From: Leucoraja ocellata
Taxonomy: Eukaryota
Reading direction: 5' to 3'
Assembly (NCBI GenBank): GCA_036785375.1
Contig: JAWMAR010000034.1
Span: forward strand, 11,346,001-11,410,000
Length of the DNA: 64,000 nt
Positions 1 through 13,129 of this stretch are shown here, piece after piece; the first letter of the stretch is position 1; every line of letters begins with the position of its first letter. Below the pieces are notes generated by a model. It did not search any database. It had not been told where the DNA came from and worked only from the letters and a program-made list of their open reading frames with translations. The position numbers and the translations under genes were made by a program.

Positions 1-83
1 GGACTGTGATGCTGCAAGCTCTCTTCCTTGCGCTGGATGTCACCTGACCCGAGATGCATGTTGTTTTTGCTCTTTCCTTTCAG

Positions 84-193
84 GTAACAATATTCTGATT
101 GTAGCACACGCCTCCTCACTAGAAGCATGCACTCGGCAACTACAGGGGCTCTCCGCACGCAACTCCAAGGACTTTGTGCAAGTGGTTCGAAAG
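84..193 (+). CDS. UBASH3B: UBASH3B/STS-1-like histidine phosphatase, penultimate coding exon
   Basis: Polypyrimidine tract plus CAG acceptor (81-83) and GTTAGT donor (194). Translates (G)NNILIVAHASSLEACTRQLQGLSARNSKDFVQVVRK, matching the C-terminal PGM domain of STS-1 (NNILIVAHASSLEACTCQLQGLSPQNSKDFVQMVRK). Exact orthology (B versus another paralogue) is unresolved. Confidence 0.9.
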
Positions 194-985
194 GTTAGTG
201 CGATTGTGCCTTACAGCTGAGTGAGATAATGCTATTATAATAGTGTGGTAATAAGGCGATGACAACCACACTGGCATATCCACCTTTTGTTCAGTCTAAG
301 CCCTTAATGTTTCTAATTATGTGAGGTGTCTGGAGGGGCTGAAAGCTTAACTGGGAGTGGGATTTAAGTAAATGAGAGGTGCAGCATTACAGCATTCTGG
401 TTAATTATGGTTTCATCATCAGGTCAAAATCATAGGGTTTGGACACAGTCTGCTTGTACACAGGGCTGAGGGACATTGGGGCTATTTTGAGGGAAATAGA
501 AAGACAATTTAAATCTGAACCCACATCAACAAAGAATACTCCATGTGGAGTATTGTGGATTATTGTTGTCATTGCTGGTTGTCATTGTTTTCCGGGAGAC
601 CTGGTATTTTAGGAGAGATAAGGTTCAGTTCTCCCCAGCACATTTCTTGCGTGCCGATCCTGTTAGTAAGAAAATAAGAAAATGACAATTCTTTAACGAT
701 TCGGCACTGATGTGGTTTTTACAGCACCACATTCCCAGATAGTTTAGTTTGTTACAACTAGCGATTTATTTGTGACTGACGCGGGATGTGTAGCAAATGT
801 GCAAGGGGGAATGTGAAAAAGCAATTAAACAAAAATGGCATAGAAACGAAGACACATTCAGAGCGGGAACAAGAAAAATATTTGATTGATGCCTGAATTG
901 TTCTGCCTTGTTTTATGGAAGTAGAATATATACCACTTTCAAAATACAATAGCTAAATGTTGAACCTGATTCTTCATTTAGTAAA

Positions 986-1312
986 GCAGCACGGTGGCGC
1001 AGCGGTAGAGTTACTGCCTCCCAGCGCTTGCTGCGCCAGAAACCCAGGTTCGATCCTGACTACGGGCGCTGTCTGTACGGAGTTTGTACGTTTGCCACGT
1101 GACCACATGGGTTTTCTCTGAGATCTTCGGTTTCCTTCCACACTCCAAAGACAAACAGATTTGTAGGTTAATTGGCTTGGTGTAAGTGTAAATTGTCCCA
1201 CGTGTGTGTGTGTGTGTGTGTGGTAATGTTAATGTGCGGGGATCGCTGGTCTGTGTGGACTCGGTGGGCCGAAGGGCCTGTTTCTGTGCTGTATCTCTAA
1301 AACTAAAAGCTA
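986..1312 (+). mobile_element. tRNA-derived V-SINE (HE1-like)
   Basis: A box TGGCGCAGCGG (995-1005), B box GGTTCGATCC (1047-1056), V-domain-like GAGTTTGTACGTT...GGTTTCCTTCCACACTCCAAAGAC, and CR1-type 3' tail GGGCCGAAGGGCCTGTTTCTGTGCTGTATCTCTAAA. Confidence 0.8.
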
Positions 1313-1327
1313 AAGTTTCGAATTAGC

Positions 1328-2270
1328 CATAGAGTGATAAGGCATGGAAATGGGCCCATCACGCATAATGGGCCCATCAGCCCAAGTTGTCTATGCCAAC
1401 CAAGATACCCATCCAAGCTAGTCCCTTTTGTCACTGCCTGCCCAATATCTCTCTAAACCATTCATATCCATATACTTCTCCAAATGTCTTTTAAATGTTG
1501 ACTACTTCCTCTGGCACTCCCTGAATGAAAAGGTTGTGCCTCAGGTTCCTGTTCAATCTTTCCCCACCCTCACCTTAAACCTATATTGCCAGTTTCTTGA
1601 TTCCCCACTCCTGGGAAAAAGACTCTGCAATCACTCTGTCAATTCTCCTAAAAAATGTGTACACCTCCTTAAGAACACCCTTTCGCCTTGTGTGCTCCAA
1701 GGGCTAAAGTCTTTGCCTGCCCAGTCTCTCCTTGTAGCTCAGGCCCTTTAGTTTGGGCAATATGCTGGTAAATATTGCTCAGCATCGCCAAGGACTGCTC
1801 TCACCCCAACCATGGACTGTTTACCCTCCTACCATCCGGGAGGCGCTACAGGTCTCTCCGTTGCCGAACCAGCAGGTCGAGGAACAGCTTCTTTCCGGTG
1901 GCTGTCACTCTACTAAACAACGTACCTCGGTGACTGCCAATCACCCCCCCCCCCCCGGACACTTATTATTTATTTTTTATTCAAATCATTTGCTATGTCG
2001 CTCTTCAAGGGAGATGCTAAATGCATTTCGTTGTCTCTGTACTGTACACTGACAATGACAATTAAAATTGAATCTGAATCTGAATCTGAAATCATCTCTG
2101 CACACTGTTCAGCTTGGTGGCATCTTTCCTACAAGCAGGGTGACAAAAACTAAACACAATTCTCCAAGTGTGGTCTGACCAATGTCTTGTGCATCATGTC
2201 TCAACTTTTACACTCAATTCCCTGACTGATGTAGGCCAGTGTGCCAAAATCCTTCTACACTGCCCCTATG
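1328..2270 (-). mobile_element. Degraded CR1-type LINE 3' fragment interrupted by a Rex1/Babar insertion
   Basis: Reverse-complement similarity to the CR1 3' ends elsewhere in the window; the sequence resumes after 2090. Confidence 0.6.
1773..2090 (+). mobile_element. Rex1/Babar LINE 3' end
   Basis: Encodes PSGRRYRSLRCRTSRSRNSFFPVAVTLLN, a typical Rex1/Babar ORF2 C-terminus, and ends in (TGAATC)n. The same tail recurs at 4441-4608 (-) and 14506-14565 (+). Confidence 0.75.
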
Positions 2271-2422
2271 TTATGGAAGAAAGGGGAGAAACCAATTACA
2301 AAGGTGTTCTAGACCAACGTTAGGATGCAGAGGCAGGTTGCAGGTTTCAGAATTGTTGGGCCAATTGGCTCTGAATGCACCTGAAATTCAGGCACCTCAC
2401 ATATTTTCCTTTCTTCCTATAG

Positions 2423-2560
2423 ATTCCATATTTGGGATTTTGTGCCTGCGAGGAGCTGGAAGACGCGGGGATATGGCAGCTGGTCGATCCGCCCATCCTA
2501 CCACTCACCCATGGGCCCAATCATAGTTTTAGCTGGAGGGATATCTTGTTCCAAGACTAA
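2423..2560 (+). CDS. UBASH3B: UBASH3B/STS-1-like, final coding exon
   Basis: TTCTTCCTATAG acceptor, in phase with the previous exon. Translates IPYLGFCACEELEDAGIWQLVDPPILPLTHGPNHSFSWRDILFQD*, with TAA at 2558-2560; matches the STS-1 C-terminus IPYLGFCSCEELGETGIWQLTDPPILPLTHG. Confidence 0.9.
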   Translation: MPYLGFCACEELEDAGIWQLVDPPILPLTHGPNHSFSWRDILFQD

Positions 2561-2672
2561 TGAAGAGATCCACCATCACTGGAAGATAGAGCCATTACTA
2601 GCATGTGCTTCCACTTACTTCACCTCCTTTCCCCTTTCCTCCATACTTTGTATGAGCAAGTCCATTTCACTA

Positions 2673-2783
2673 CCCTGCTTGGTATACTCTCTGCAGTGCC
2701 CTGCTTGGTATACTCTCTGCAGTGCCCTGCTTGGTATACTCTCTGCAGAGCCCTGCAGCAGAGTATTCTCTGCAGTGCCCTGT
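2673..2783. repeat. 26-bp minisatellite in the UBASH3-like 3' UTR region
   Basis: CCCTGCTTGGTATACTCTCTGCAGTG occurs in 3 near-perfect copies plus one degenerate copy. Confidence 0.85.
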
Positions 2784-4270
2784 AGCATTAATTATTTGAT
2801 TGTTGTGTTATATGCAAGTTCAGTACCTTGTTGTGAAGGACTTGTATTTATTTCATCTGATATCTTTAATTATGAATGAGTTGATGTGATTACAGGACTA
2901 ATTGATGTTTAGGTCAGAGTAAGATACAGTTCTGAGGTTAGGTTTGGTTAGAAATTGAGTTGATTTAAGAGGACCTAAAAATGGTTAAGAACTTCAGTCT
3001 GCTAATTTATTTTTGAATCGTGTTTGACACAGTTTCCCTCAGACCTGTGGTTTACTGGAGCAATAACTGGGGCATGGGAATCTATATAAAGTGTTTCAGA
3101 AGCAGCAGTAGCTGACTTGAAATGCATTTACTGGAGCAGTGATAACTCCTACTCCTGTGCCATCTACCTAGAATTGTGGGACCTTGCCTTCTGGTCCGAA
3201 TACATACAACAGGAGGACCTTGCTTATCTCCAATCCTCTGGAATGTCAAGAGATTTTAATTTATTTATCCATGTTATATTTAATGGAAGCCAAATAGCAA
3301 ACAGATTTGCAATTGTAAACCAAAGGAATTGCATGCGAGGCAATCTTGACATGAGCTCCAGCTCAACGTAGTTACAAAATGCTGTACTTCCACCCCAGTT
3401 AGTAGAACCGGGTTTATTTATTGTGCATTTTATGAGTGATTTTGTGAGTGCCCTTTTCCGTATAAAAACTCCTAATCTAATTATATGGATGTATTTGTAT
3501 TGCAGTCGAAAACCACCAAATCCACAGTCCACATCCAGAGAGTCTGCTCTCACAAGGAGAGAGTTTAGACTTGAGCCAACAATATTCCACCACTGATTCC
3601 ACAATCACCTCCATACTTACAGTAATTCACAATGGGATTGTGGAATTAATCTGAATTGTTTTAACTGAGGTCTCTCAATGGGGCACTGAAATGATGGAGA
3701 GGGGCGGTGAAAGTTGTGTGATCACATGTGTCCCAATGTGTCTTCAGAGTCAGTTCCTTGATATTTTCCAGCAACATAGGCTTGTTGCCAAACTTGAATA
3801 GCAGAGGCCTTTAACCTTCACCTATCTTACATATGGTGTAATCTAACGGGTGGAATGTTTGAGCTGAGAGCTTTGAGAGTGTTATGTAAGCTAAGTTTTA
3901 TTTAAATATGGGTCTGCTTTATCCCTCAAAGGGAATTATGTAACTCCTCTGGTTCCCCATTTTCCTTTTTGGCTAAATATTTGAAAGTTCACATTCTTGA
4001 AAGATAAATCGCAACAAAACCTTAACATTCAAACTCACAAATGTGTGATGGTTTGTGTGTGTGTGTGAGGTGAACCGGGGTTTTTTTCGTCACCAGAACA
4101 GACATAACATTCTTCCGAGAGGTTTTAACAGGATGAAGGTTTGACTATCCTGGTGGTAAATTTGAATATTGCCACACGTGCTTCTTGTTAAATTATTGAC
4201 AAGGTATTAATTGGTAGTGTTGTGTTTGGTGGATGTTAGTTCAAGGTGACAGGAAGGCAGTTGGAGACGT

Positions 4271-4735
4271 GTAAAGTCCCTGTCCCACTTTCCCGAGTCC
4301 CTCACGAATTCACCCGAGTTTTCCCCTTGATTCAAACTCGGAGATGCCAGCCGTTGGCACTCGGGGTTATTTCTTTTACTCGTGGATATTTTTCAACATG
4401 CTGAAAAAACGTCCCGACTTACCTGATGCCCTGAGTACCTCAGATTCAGATTCAGATTCAGATTCAATTTTAATTGTCATTGTCAGTGTACAGTACAGAG
4501 ACAACAAAATGCATTTAGCATCTCCCTGGAAGAGCGACATAGCAAATGATTTGAATAAATAATAATAAGTGTCCGGGGGGGGTGGTGATTGGCAGTCACA
4601 CGAGGTACCTCCGGCTGGCATAACGAGCCGCTGCGAAATATCTACGGACTCCTACGGACATTCCCCGAGGTTGAATCAAGGGGAAAACTCGGGAGAATTC
4701 GTGAGTAACTCGGGAAAGTGGGACACGGGCTTTAC
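4271..4735. mobile_element. Non-autonomous TIR DNA transposon (MITE-like, possibly PIF/Harbinger) with nested Rex1 tail
   Basis: About 70-bp terminal inverted repeats (AGTCCCTGTCCCACTTTCCCGAGT... / ...ACTCGGGAAAGTGGGACACGGGCT). Internal 4441-4608 is the reverse complement of the Rex1 3' end at 1922-2090. Confidence 0.75.
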
Positions 4736-5322
4736 GAGATGGAGATGAGGGATCTTTTTGATATCTCTGTACAAAACTGGAAATGTATAACTTTACATCT
4801 CAGAAGAAGTTAGGTCATCATGCTTGGGTATTTGCAGAATTTGGACCAAGGCATTTATATTTAGTAATGAGAACTTTAAATAGCGAGTGGATTGAGAGTT
4901 GATATCCATCACAGTAATTTGTTATCATTGGTCTGCAAGATACCCATTTTCAGGCACAAGTTAAATAATGTTAAACCATTTATTTATTATTCTCAGAACT
5001 ATCCCTTGGAGGTTCTTCAAAGTATTCTGTTTGAGAATGACAGACCAAAAAGCAGAGTTTACTTTTCTTTTTATAATATGTTTTACTGTGTGTTTTCAAG
5101 TATCTAGCAAAAGGAAATGTTGAAATTAAGTCGACCACAGTGAGTGATTTGAAAAAAAGAACTTCCTGTGGATGACTATAGAAATATGTTGATTATTGGA
5201 AGTCAAATTAACTGAACCCTTGTCATGTTGACCATGAATTGCATTTAATTTTCTAACTTGTAAGCAACGATATTTGAGGTTTTCCTCGCTCAGTTTGCAT
5301 GACAGCTACAGGGAGTACTCGG

Positions 5323-5434
5323 CACGAAACGTTGCCTATTTCCTTCGCTCCATAGATGCTGCCTCACCCGCTGAGTTTCTCCAGCACTTTTGTCTACCTT
5401 CCATTTTCCAGCATCTGCAGTTCCTTCTTAAACA
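5323..5434 (+). mobile_element. Penelope-like element terminal-repeat fragment
   Basis: GAAACGTTGCCTATTTCCTTCGCTCCATAGATGCTGCC...CAGCATCTGCAGTTCCTTCTTAAACA; same family as 47107-47293 and 59790-59918. Confidence 0.65.
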
Positions 5435-6997
5435 CAATGGTGGACATCTCGTCCGCAAAAGATCACCTTTCCCTTAAATCCCTTTCTGTCTCGCAGGTAT
5501 TACGACTGTCACATTGTATATATTATCTTTCCTCTATTTCCCACTTCCAGTAAAGACATGCCCTCAATGAAAAGATTTCAGTGTACCCCAGAAGTCATAA
5601 ATGTGCTGTTCGCAAATATTTGTGATCTTGTTGTATGGATTGCAGAAAATATGCCACCCCTCAATGTGATTTTATTTCAATGTGCCCAACAGAAAATGAC
5701 AATGACTAGCCCCAAATGTTGTCCTTCAGTGATTTTAATCACCATTGAAGGCAATGGGGAATAATATCAGTCAGTGTGTAAAATTGTAAAGTCCTGTGGG
5801 AATCCCTTTGCTCATTTAAGACATTATCCTTTCTCCCATTACGTAAATTCCAATACAGTGGTGTATGAGGTTTCCTCACCTCCAGGGTTGATGGGGATCA
5901 TTTTGCTGAGTGTCCAGTTAGCATGAGTTTATTGAAGGCCTCTTCTAATCTGTGAAGCCCAGTGCAGTCATCAAACTTTTATTTAAATGCCGTACATCAT
6001 ACTTACAGCTGTACCATTGATCATGATTTAAAAACTAGGTTGACGTAATTCAAAGAATAATGAATTGCACAGGATCATGTTTCAGGAGTGTCCATTGTTG
6101 CAGCCCAGTGGCAAAGACTGTTTTATCATCACAAATATTTTGGCTTCACTCAATGCATATTTGTCACATTTCTATATGTTTTGGTGCTTATTCGTATATC
6201 AGCATGCTCTAGAAAATGAGCAGACATGCAGGCTCTTTCTTAATTACTGCGGCCACTTGCCTCCGTTGCTCACAGCTCCAAGCTTGATCCTTCTGCAGAC
6301 CATTTCCTGATTTTCACAAGTCCTGAGAATACTATCGTTTGTAAATCCCAAATAAGGTCCAGAAGAAACTGCAAAGGGACGCATGCTTGTGAGCCAGGGA
6401 TCTGTGCTTGTGAGCAGTATAAAACAAAATGATGTATGATCGATCTTCTTAGGCCTTTCATTTGGTGTCTAGCATTTTCTTTCTGTTGGTACATCCACTG
6501 ACAAATGGGGCAGGTAATGTCGCATGATAATTCATAGAATAAAATGAGCTGGTCCATTAATATAAATGTCCCTCCTTTATGCTAGAGGATCATTACCCAG
6601 AATCACACTACATTTGTCATTAACAGGAAAAGGGAAAATGCAAAGAGATGCCTACTTTAAACAGTAGTAATTTTACATAACTGGGAACAGACATTTGGCA
6701 GCATTGCAGGTTCTATTTTTGATTTGATTTTCAATTCTGTTGGGCAGAATATTAGGAAGGATCTATAAATGGTGACACACAACAACTTGGCCACATTGCT
6801 TCCAGATCAACTTGAATTTTACACCAGAATATTAGAACAAGAGTGAAACGTCCTGTCAACTACTACTAGAGTATCTGGCATATATAGAGTATAGACCCTA
6901 TGCTATATTCAGCACATTATAAAAAGTGGAATCAAATATCAAGCCCGAAAAACAATTAATTAGAAATGCAATGCTACCCATTTTCAGTTCCTGCCTA

Positions 6998-7104
6998 AGT
7001 CACCCATCCCTTCCCTCCAGAGATGCTGCCTGTCCCGCTGAGTTACTCCAGCACTTTGTGTCTATCTTTGGTGTAAACCAGTATCTGCAGTTCCTTCCTA
7101 CACA
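6998..7104 (+). mobile_element. Penelope-like element terminal-repeat fragment
   Basis: GTCACCCATCCCTTC...GCTGAGTTACTCCAGCAC...CTGCAGTTCCTTCCTACACA; same family as the copies at 21662, 27182 and 58175. Confidence 0.65.
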
Positions 7105-10100
7105 ATTGTAGCAGTCATTTCAGAATTGCTTGCAGTTGATCATGTTTACTGTGAATATTCTGCGGTGTTATATAGTTCAACCCAAATATAGTGAAATTAA
7201 AAGTCAAATATTTAACACATTGAGCAATCAGTCAGTATCTGAAAAATAAATATGTGTAAGCCCAAAATTAGAAAAATCAAGACAGGTATCCATTTATCAC
7301 CTCATCACTTGACATGTTCATCACTCTGAAATATCTTGCAGTCAAAATATTTTGAGGCACAGTGTTTTGCTTTGCCAATAGAATTTGTGGGTAATTTGAC
7401 CAAACTCCGAGTTTGACTTGGGGAGCATTGGAGCATTTTCCATGGTGCAGCGGTGACTTGCAACTGTCCCCTCCCTCAAGGTGTGTACATAGCAGCGAGC
7501 CGCATTTGTCAAGGAGATTTATGAAAGTGACAATCAGCTTGTTCATTATAGCAGATGGATTTATCATAGTTTAGATCCTGTGTGCAAAATATCAGTGTAC
7601 TAAAGAAAGACTTCTGTACAGTTTAAGATTAAAACATATTAAAACCCTATTTATATATTTATCAGAATGATTTGGTGCAAATAAATGACAGGAATGATGG
7701 TGAAACCAAAAATCCATATGATGCCAATGTTGTTTACATCTGCATTCAAAATGCATTTTGATTTAACTGAGCTCTAATCTTTGTGTCTGTCATATTCAAT
7801 CTGCATTGTACTCAAACTGCTTTCTGCAGATACATTTTGAGTCAAAGCCCGCCATATCGGTTGAATTGCCATGGACACTGTCTAATTCTGTCATAGATCT
7901 GCAATGCAGAGGGATGGGATGAATTATGTGGGTCAAAGAACACTTGTTTCCTGGCTGGTTTGGTACTTCCATGCCTCCTTCAGCTCCGTCTCCCCTCAGG
8001 TGTCAGAGGTTGTGGAGAGAAGGCAGGATGGGATTAGGACGGAGAGATAGAACAGCCATGATTGAATGGCAAAATAGACTTGATGGGCCGAATGGCCTAT
8101 TTGTGCTCCTTATCACATGACCTTATGTTGACTCTGACTAACTCTCTTCTTTCAACAACCCTGAGAGTGAAACACCAGTTCATTGACTTTGAAAGAAAAG
8201 TTGTTTGTTCATGTAACATTAGGGAAGGAATTACAGATAAAATAACAGGAAGGTTAAGTCTTCATGCTTTCTTATGAATTCGGCATAAAGGTAATCCACA
8301 ATTAACAAAGTCAAATATTTAGGATTCCAATCTTCAGCACATCTTAAGAGGCACTATAGTTTTCAATTAGATTTTTTTTTTAATATAAATTTGCCAAATC
8401 AAACAAAGATGTTGCTTAAAAGTTGTCAGCTTATTGCAACCATCTATATATCCTTAAGTATACTTCAAATTTTACGTATTGGTAAGAAGGAAAAATTGTC
8501 CTTGAGATGACTTTGTCCTATCAATACCAGTTGGTTTTCATTTTGGGTTTTTTTTTTGGCACATGTGTGCAGAATTGGTGACAAACTTTGGCTTGTATGC
8601 TATCCAGTCAAATGATACCATACATGAGTACTATCAAAGCAGACCCATGTACAACGTGGTGTGCAAAGCGAAAAATACCAGAATGTGGTGTTAGTGCATT
8701 ACAGATACAGAGAAAGTGATGAGAAAAAAAAGATAATTTTCAGAGCTCCATCTTCTCCTATTTTCCCATTCTTAATGATCCTGAAATCATCAGTCTGCCT
8801 TCTCCACAAATATTGATCCAGTATGTGACGAATAAACTTGACTTGACTTGACTTTAAAAAAAAGACTTCTGCCGATCAGTCATCTAACAGTCTGTTCCAG
8901 ATGCATTGTTCTGTGAAGAAGAAGAGTGGAGATCTTTTCTGGGATTATTTCCCGGGTTAAAGAATTTGTTTACATCATTGCATCTTTCATTAAGTCCAAG
9001 GTCTTTGCCTGGAGCCCCACTGTTTAGTTTCAACATTTTTACAGCTATGCTGGATGATAAATAGATGCCAGTTGCATAGTGAGGGTTTATGTATAGTACA
9101 ACTTTGTGATAGATAGTTTGGGTGAAACGCCAGCCAGGATTTATTGCAGAAAGTAGATCAATACTTGGAATCGATTGTTAGAATGAACGATGAGCACTTG
9201 ATTCATTGAAGTAATAGAGAAACAACAAGGTTAGATAAAACTGAATGATGAAATTCCTAACTGGATATTGTCCACGTCTAGTCAAAGATTGTAAAGGAGA
9301 AACGCAATCACAGGAATATTTTAGAGGTGTGTGCATATTTCACAAAACCCAGAATATAGAGGTGTTAGGAAGGTATTTGATCAACCTTTCTGAAAGAATA
9401 ATTTGTCAATTTTGGAGATGCTTTCTTTTTTAATTATTAACAAATTCCAAAGAATGTTAAAAGTAAAATCCCTCCGTAAAGGAATTCTTGTAGCTTAAAG
9501 CATTCCAGATTTTTTTTTTAATTTGTAAGACTTATTGTGTTCTTTTGCTCGTGGTAGTATTAGATTTAGTGAATGGCAACAACAGAAGTGGATTCTGCAA
9601 TTGTCACACTTGTTGTTCTGGTTTTGTGATAAACTTCTATGCAATCTAAAGAACGATTTGTTGCATGCAGCACAAGTTTTGAGATATCAATGGTGTTGTA
9701 CCTGTCCAAAGAATCACAGGCTGACCTCAGCAATGTTTCATATACATTGAAGTAAGGATTAAACTACGGATAAATCTCTTGGGTATAAAGGCATTTTTCA
9801 GTACTTTTTTCTGATCCGAACCATGGTCTTTGGATCTGCTTGCAGTATCAGGAAATGAAAATTGCCTTTTGTCTTTGAGAACGATGAGCTTTTTTGTTGA
9901 ACCATGTCAGATGAAGCAATCAGAGCTGATTAATTCCTTTGGTCTCCCCTTGATAAACTGGCAGATCTTTGAAACCAAGCTTGGGGTCAACAAGCTACTG
10001 CTTTGTGAGATGTATAGTCTTCTCTTCTTTTAAACTTCTCCCTGTGCTCTGTACCACGAGCCTCGTTCTCCCATTTAAGAAGATATTTTACTTCGATTGC

Positions 10101-13100
10101 ATTTTACTTCTGCAGATCTGTTCATTTTGCCATCACTAGAAATGGACATTAAAACAATGAGTTGAATTGTTGCTGACGTACATACTTTAACACTCAAGAT
10201 GAGTGTCATTGTAAATGTTATGTGACAAAGCCGACAATCTATCAATTGCACACCATTTACTTTATAGTTTACTGTCCATTGCACATTTATCTTAGTACGT
10301 TAGTACTTCAACGTCCTCTCCCTTTATTGTTATACCTTCCCTCAGTGTAATCTTGCTAAGATTCTATAGCATTGAGGTAGTACTGACTAGATGATTGTGA
10401 TTAGTTAGCAGTTCTGTTCTTGCCTGTACTTTGGGCACCTGTTGTTGTTTTGAACATTTGTTCAGACCTTCAGTGTAGTTAAAGCAATTCTTGGCTACAA
10501 GAGCTTTGAGTATATTTGAGCTAAGTATGTACATCAGACTAGCAGTAACTATGGGGTTTTTATTAAGACTACGCCAGTAGGATTATTCCAATTTTCAAGT
10601 ATTAGCTGATAAAATTGGCCTAGATGTTTCAGAGGAACATGAGGAAGTATTTGCCTCTCCAACTCAGGCTTGAAAAAAAGAATTGTTTAGTTCCTTATTG
10701 TCACGTGTACAGAGATACTGCAAAAAGCTATCAGGCCATACATCAGTACAATAGATTCCCTTCAGAGAGTCACCATATTCTGAAATTCACCACATCTTGC
10801 AAATTCCAAGTGTCTAAAAAATCTGATCTTGACCTTTTTTCTTATGGGCGGTTATTCCTTTTTAACCAGTCAACAACTCGATGTGAAATGCAGAAATGCA
10901 TTGACAGGAAATGTGGTGGAGGCAAAGGACGCTGGATAAGTATCTGAAAGCAAATAAATTATATGACTATGGGGGAGGAGGCAAGAGAAGTAGAACCAAA
11001 TTGATTGCTTCTACATGGAGGCGACAATGACTAGAATTACCTCTTTAATTGGTGTAACTATTTTATGATTTGGATACCATTATCTCTGTAAGAGTCCTGT
11101 ACAAGGTGAGCTCCATTTCCTCATTTCCCGGCCTTGTATTGTCCTACAAAGTCATGGTTAATTCAAACCTCTTGCTACTTCCCATGCAAGCGGCAAGAGC
11201 TGTATCTTCACCGTGCATATCTCACATATCTGCCTATCTTTCATTGGAGCAATGACCCTTAGTCCAGTGTGGTGGACGTGGAATGCAGCCATTGGCACTC
11301 ATTGAATGTAGCTGTTCGAAACAAAACATGCTCTTCCAGTTCTTGTAAAAGGCGAGTGATAAAATTCTGTGTTCAGCTCACCCACCTACCCTTTCATTGG
11401 TTGATGTGAGGAGAAAGATAAATTTTTTTTAAAAGTTTACACCTTGTGTAAAATGCTACCTTGGATGGGCCACATTTTGAAAACGGATTCTCCGGTTAAG
11501 GAACTTATTTTTTGAATGGCACATGTGCTAACTGCTCTAGAATTTGTGGCCAATTTATATCACATAGCAAAGAATGAGAAGTTGGAAGAATTTGGTGCGA
11601 AGAAACAAATTGAATATTGGCTTGAAAATAACTTAGAAACTTTGTAAACAGCACTTCCTACGCAAGTGGGTTTAGTTAGTGTCAGTTAAGCACCATGTTG
11701 CATTTCCTCTTGATAGAAGCCTACACACAATATATTTTCCACGTTAGTTCTGTATTTAAATTGTGTCTTGATAGTGAGTTGACCCCTGTGTGTCTTGGTG
11801 TTCTCTATTTTCTCAAGTTTGTAGACAATATACATATGTGGATCATAAATAAATAAGTGACGACTTTAGTGTATATAGTGTACACACACTATTAAAAAGC
11901 CTGGCGCTTTTGTGATTATACGTCAGAAGGTGGTGTGGGGAAAGGGAGCTATTTCTTAGCATGTTATTGAGTGGTAATTTTGTTTGCAAATCTAAAAGGC
12001 AGGCCTCAATTCACATGTCAAGTTTCTTGTATTTCAAACAAATGCTTTATGTATTTAAATTATTGTTTCATTTTTATGTATTCAAAAATGTTTCTCAAGA
12101 ATGTGCAATTTTTTTTGTTACAAACAACTGCCTCTAATTATTTACTGCTTCCTACTGTAAATTATGTTGCCAAATAAATGTTTTATTAGTGTTAAATATC
12201 TTTGTTCTGAGTATATTTTGGGGTCAAATTAATTGGTTTAATGTTTAATTATTCTGAGTCAGCGTGCCTTTAAGGAATTAATGAAGGTTAAAGCATGAGA
12301 CGTGGTGTTGCTGGGATTTCAATAAAACGTGATACTGAATGTCTACAAACTTCACCCTAATCCCAGTTGGGTGGTCATGGTTTGTGACCCTCCAAACTTG
12401 TGTACAGAATTTGTGTGAAGTTCATTAACTGAGCAACACTGCTGGAAATGTGTCTGGTGCTGGTGATCTAAGATTGTAAACTATAACCTGCACCCAACAT
12501 AACATTGTATAGACGATATATTTTTGTCAGACAATTCATCTCAATCCATGAATGCAACTTGTGGCCACTCAGATTACACTTCTTGTTATTGGTCTTTGGT
12601 CTCTCCTTACTGTCTATGAAGCACAGTGTAAAATGGGAGCATTGAACCAATTTGTGTAGACCAAATTCCTTCAAACACCAAGAAGTAGTCAATCATTACA
12701 GCCTAAGAGGCCTGTTGGCCTACATGTCTGTGAAGCAATTCGACCAGCCACACTACCAACTTTATTTCTGTGGCTCTGCAACTTATTTTTCCAATTTCCT
12801 TTTAGTCATTGTCTTTACTTCCACTACTCTCATAAACAGAGTTCCAGGTCATTAGTACTTATGATGTAGAATATATCAGACCATTTTTCCCATATCTCCG
12901 GTATCTCTTGTCGAACGCTTTAAATCTGTGACTCCCAGTCCTTGTACCATCAGCTAATGGGGATCGTGTTTCTTTGTCTACGTTTTCTAAATCTGGCATT
13001 TAAATGAAGAGTGATAGTAGTCAAGAGAAAATGACTTGTTGAATAATGCTCCAGAAGATATTATACCTACTTGGGATGCTTCTTTGAACTACAGCAGTCA

Positions 13101-13129
13101 CCAGTTTGGAAATGTTTCATAGGCTGCAG

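Noticed and set aside
986-1060. tRNA gene
   Set aside because: The A/B boxes belong to a SINE head and continue into a V-domain and LINE tail.
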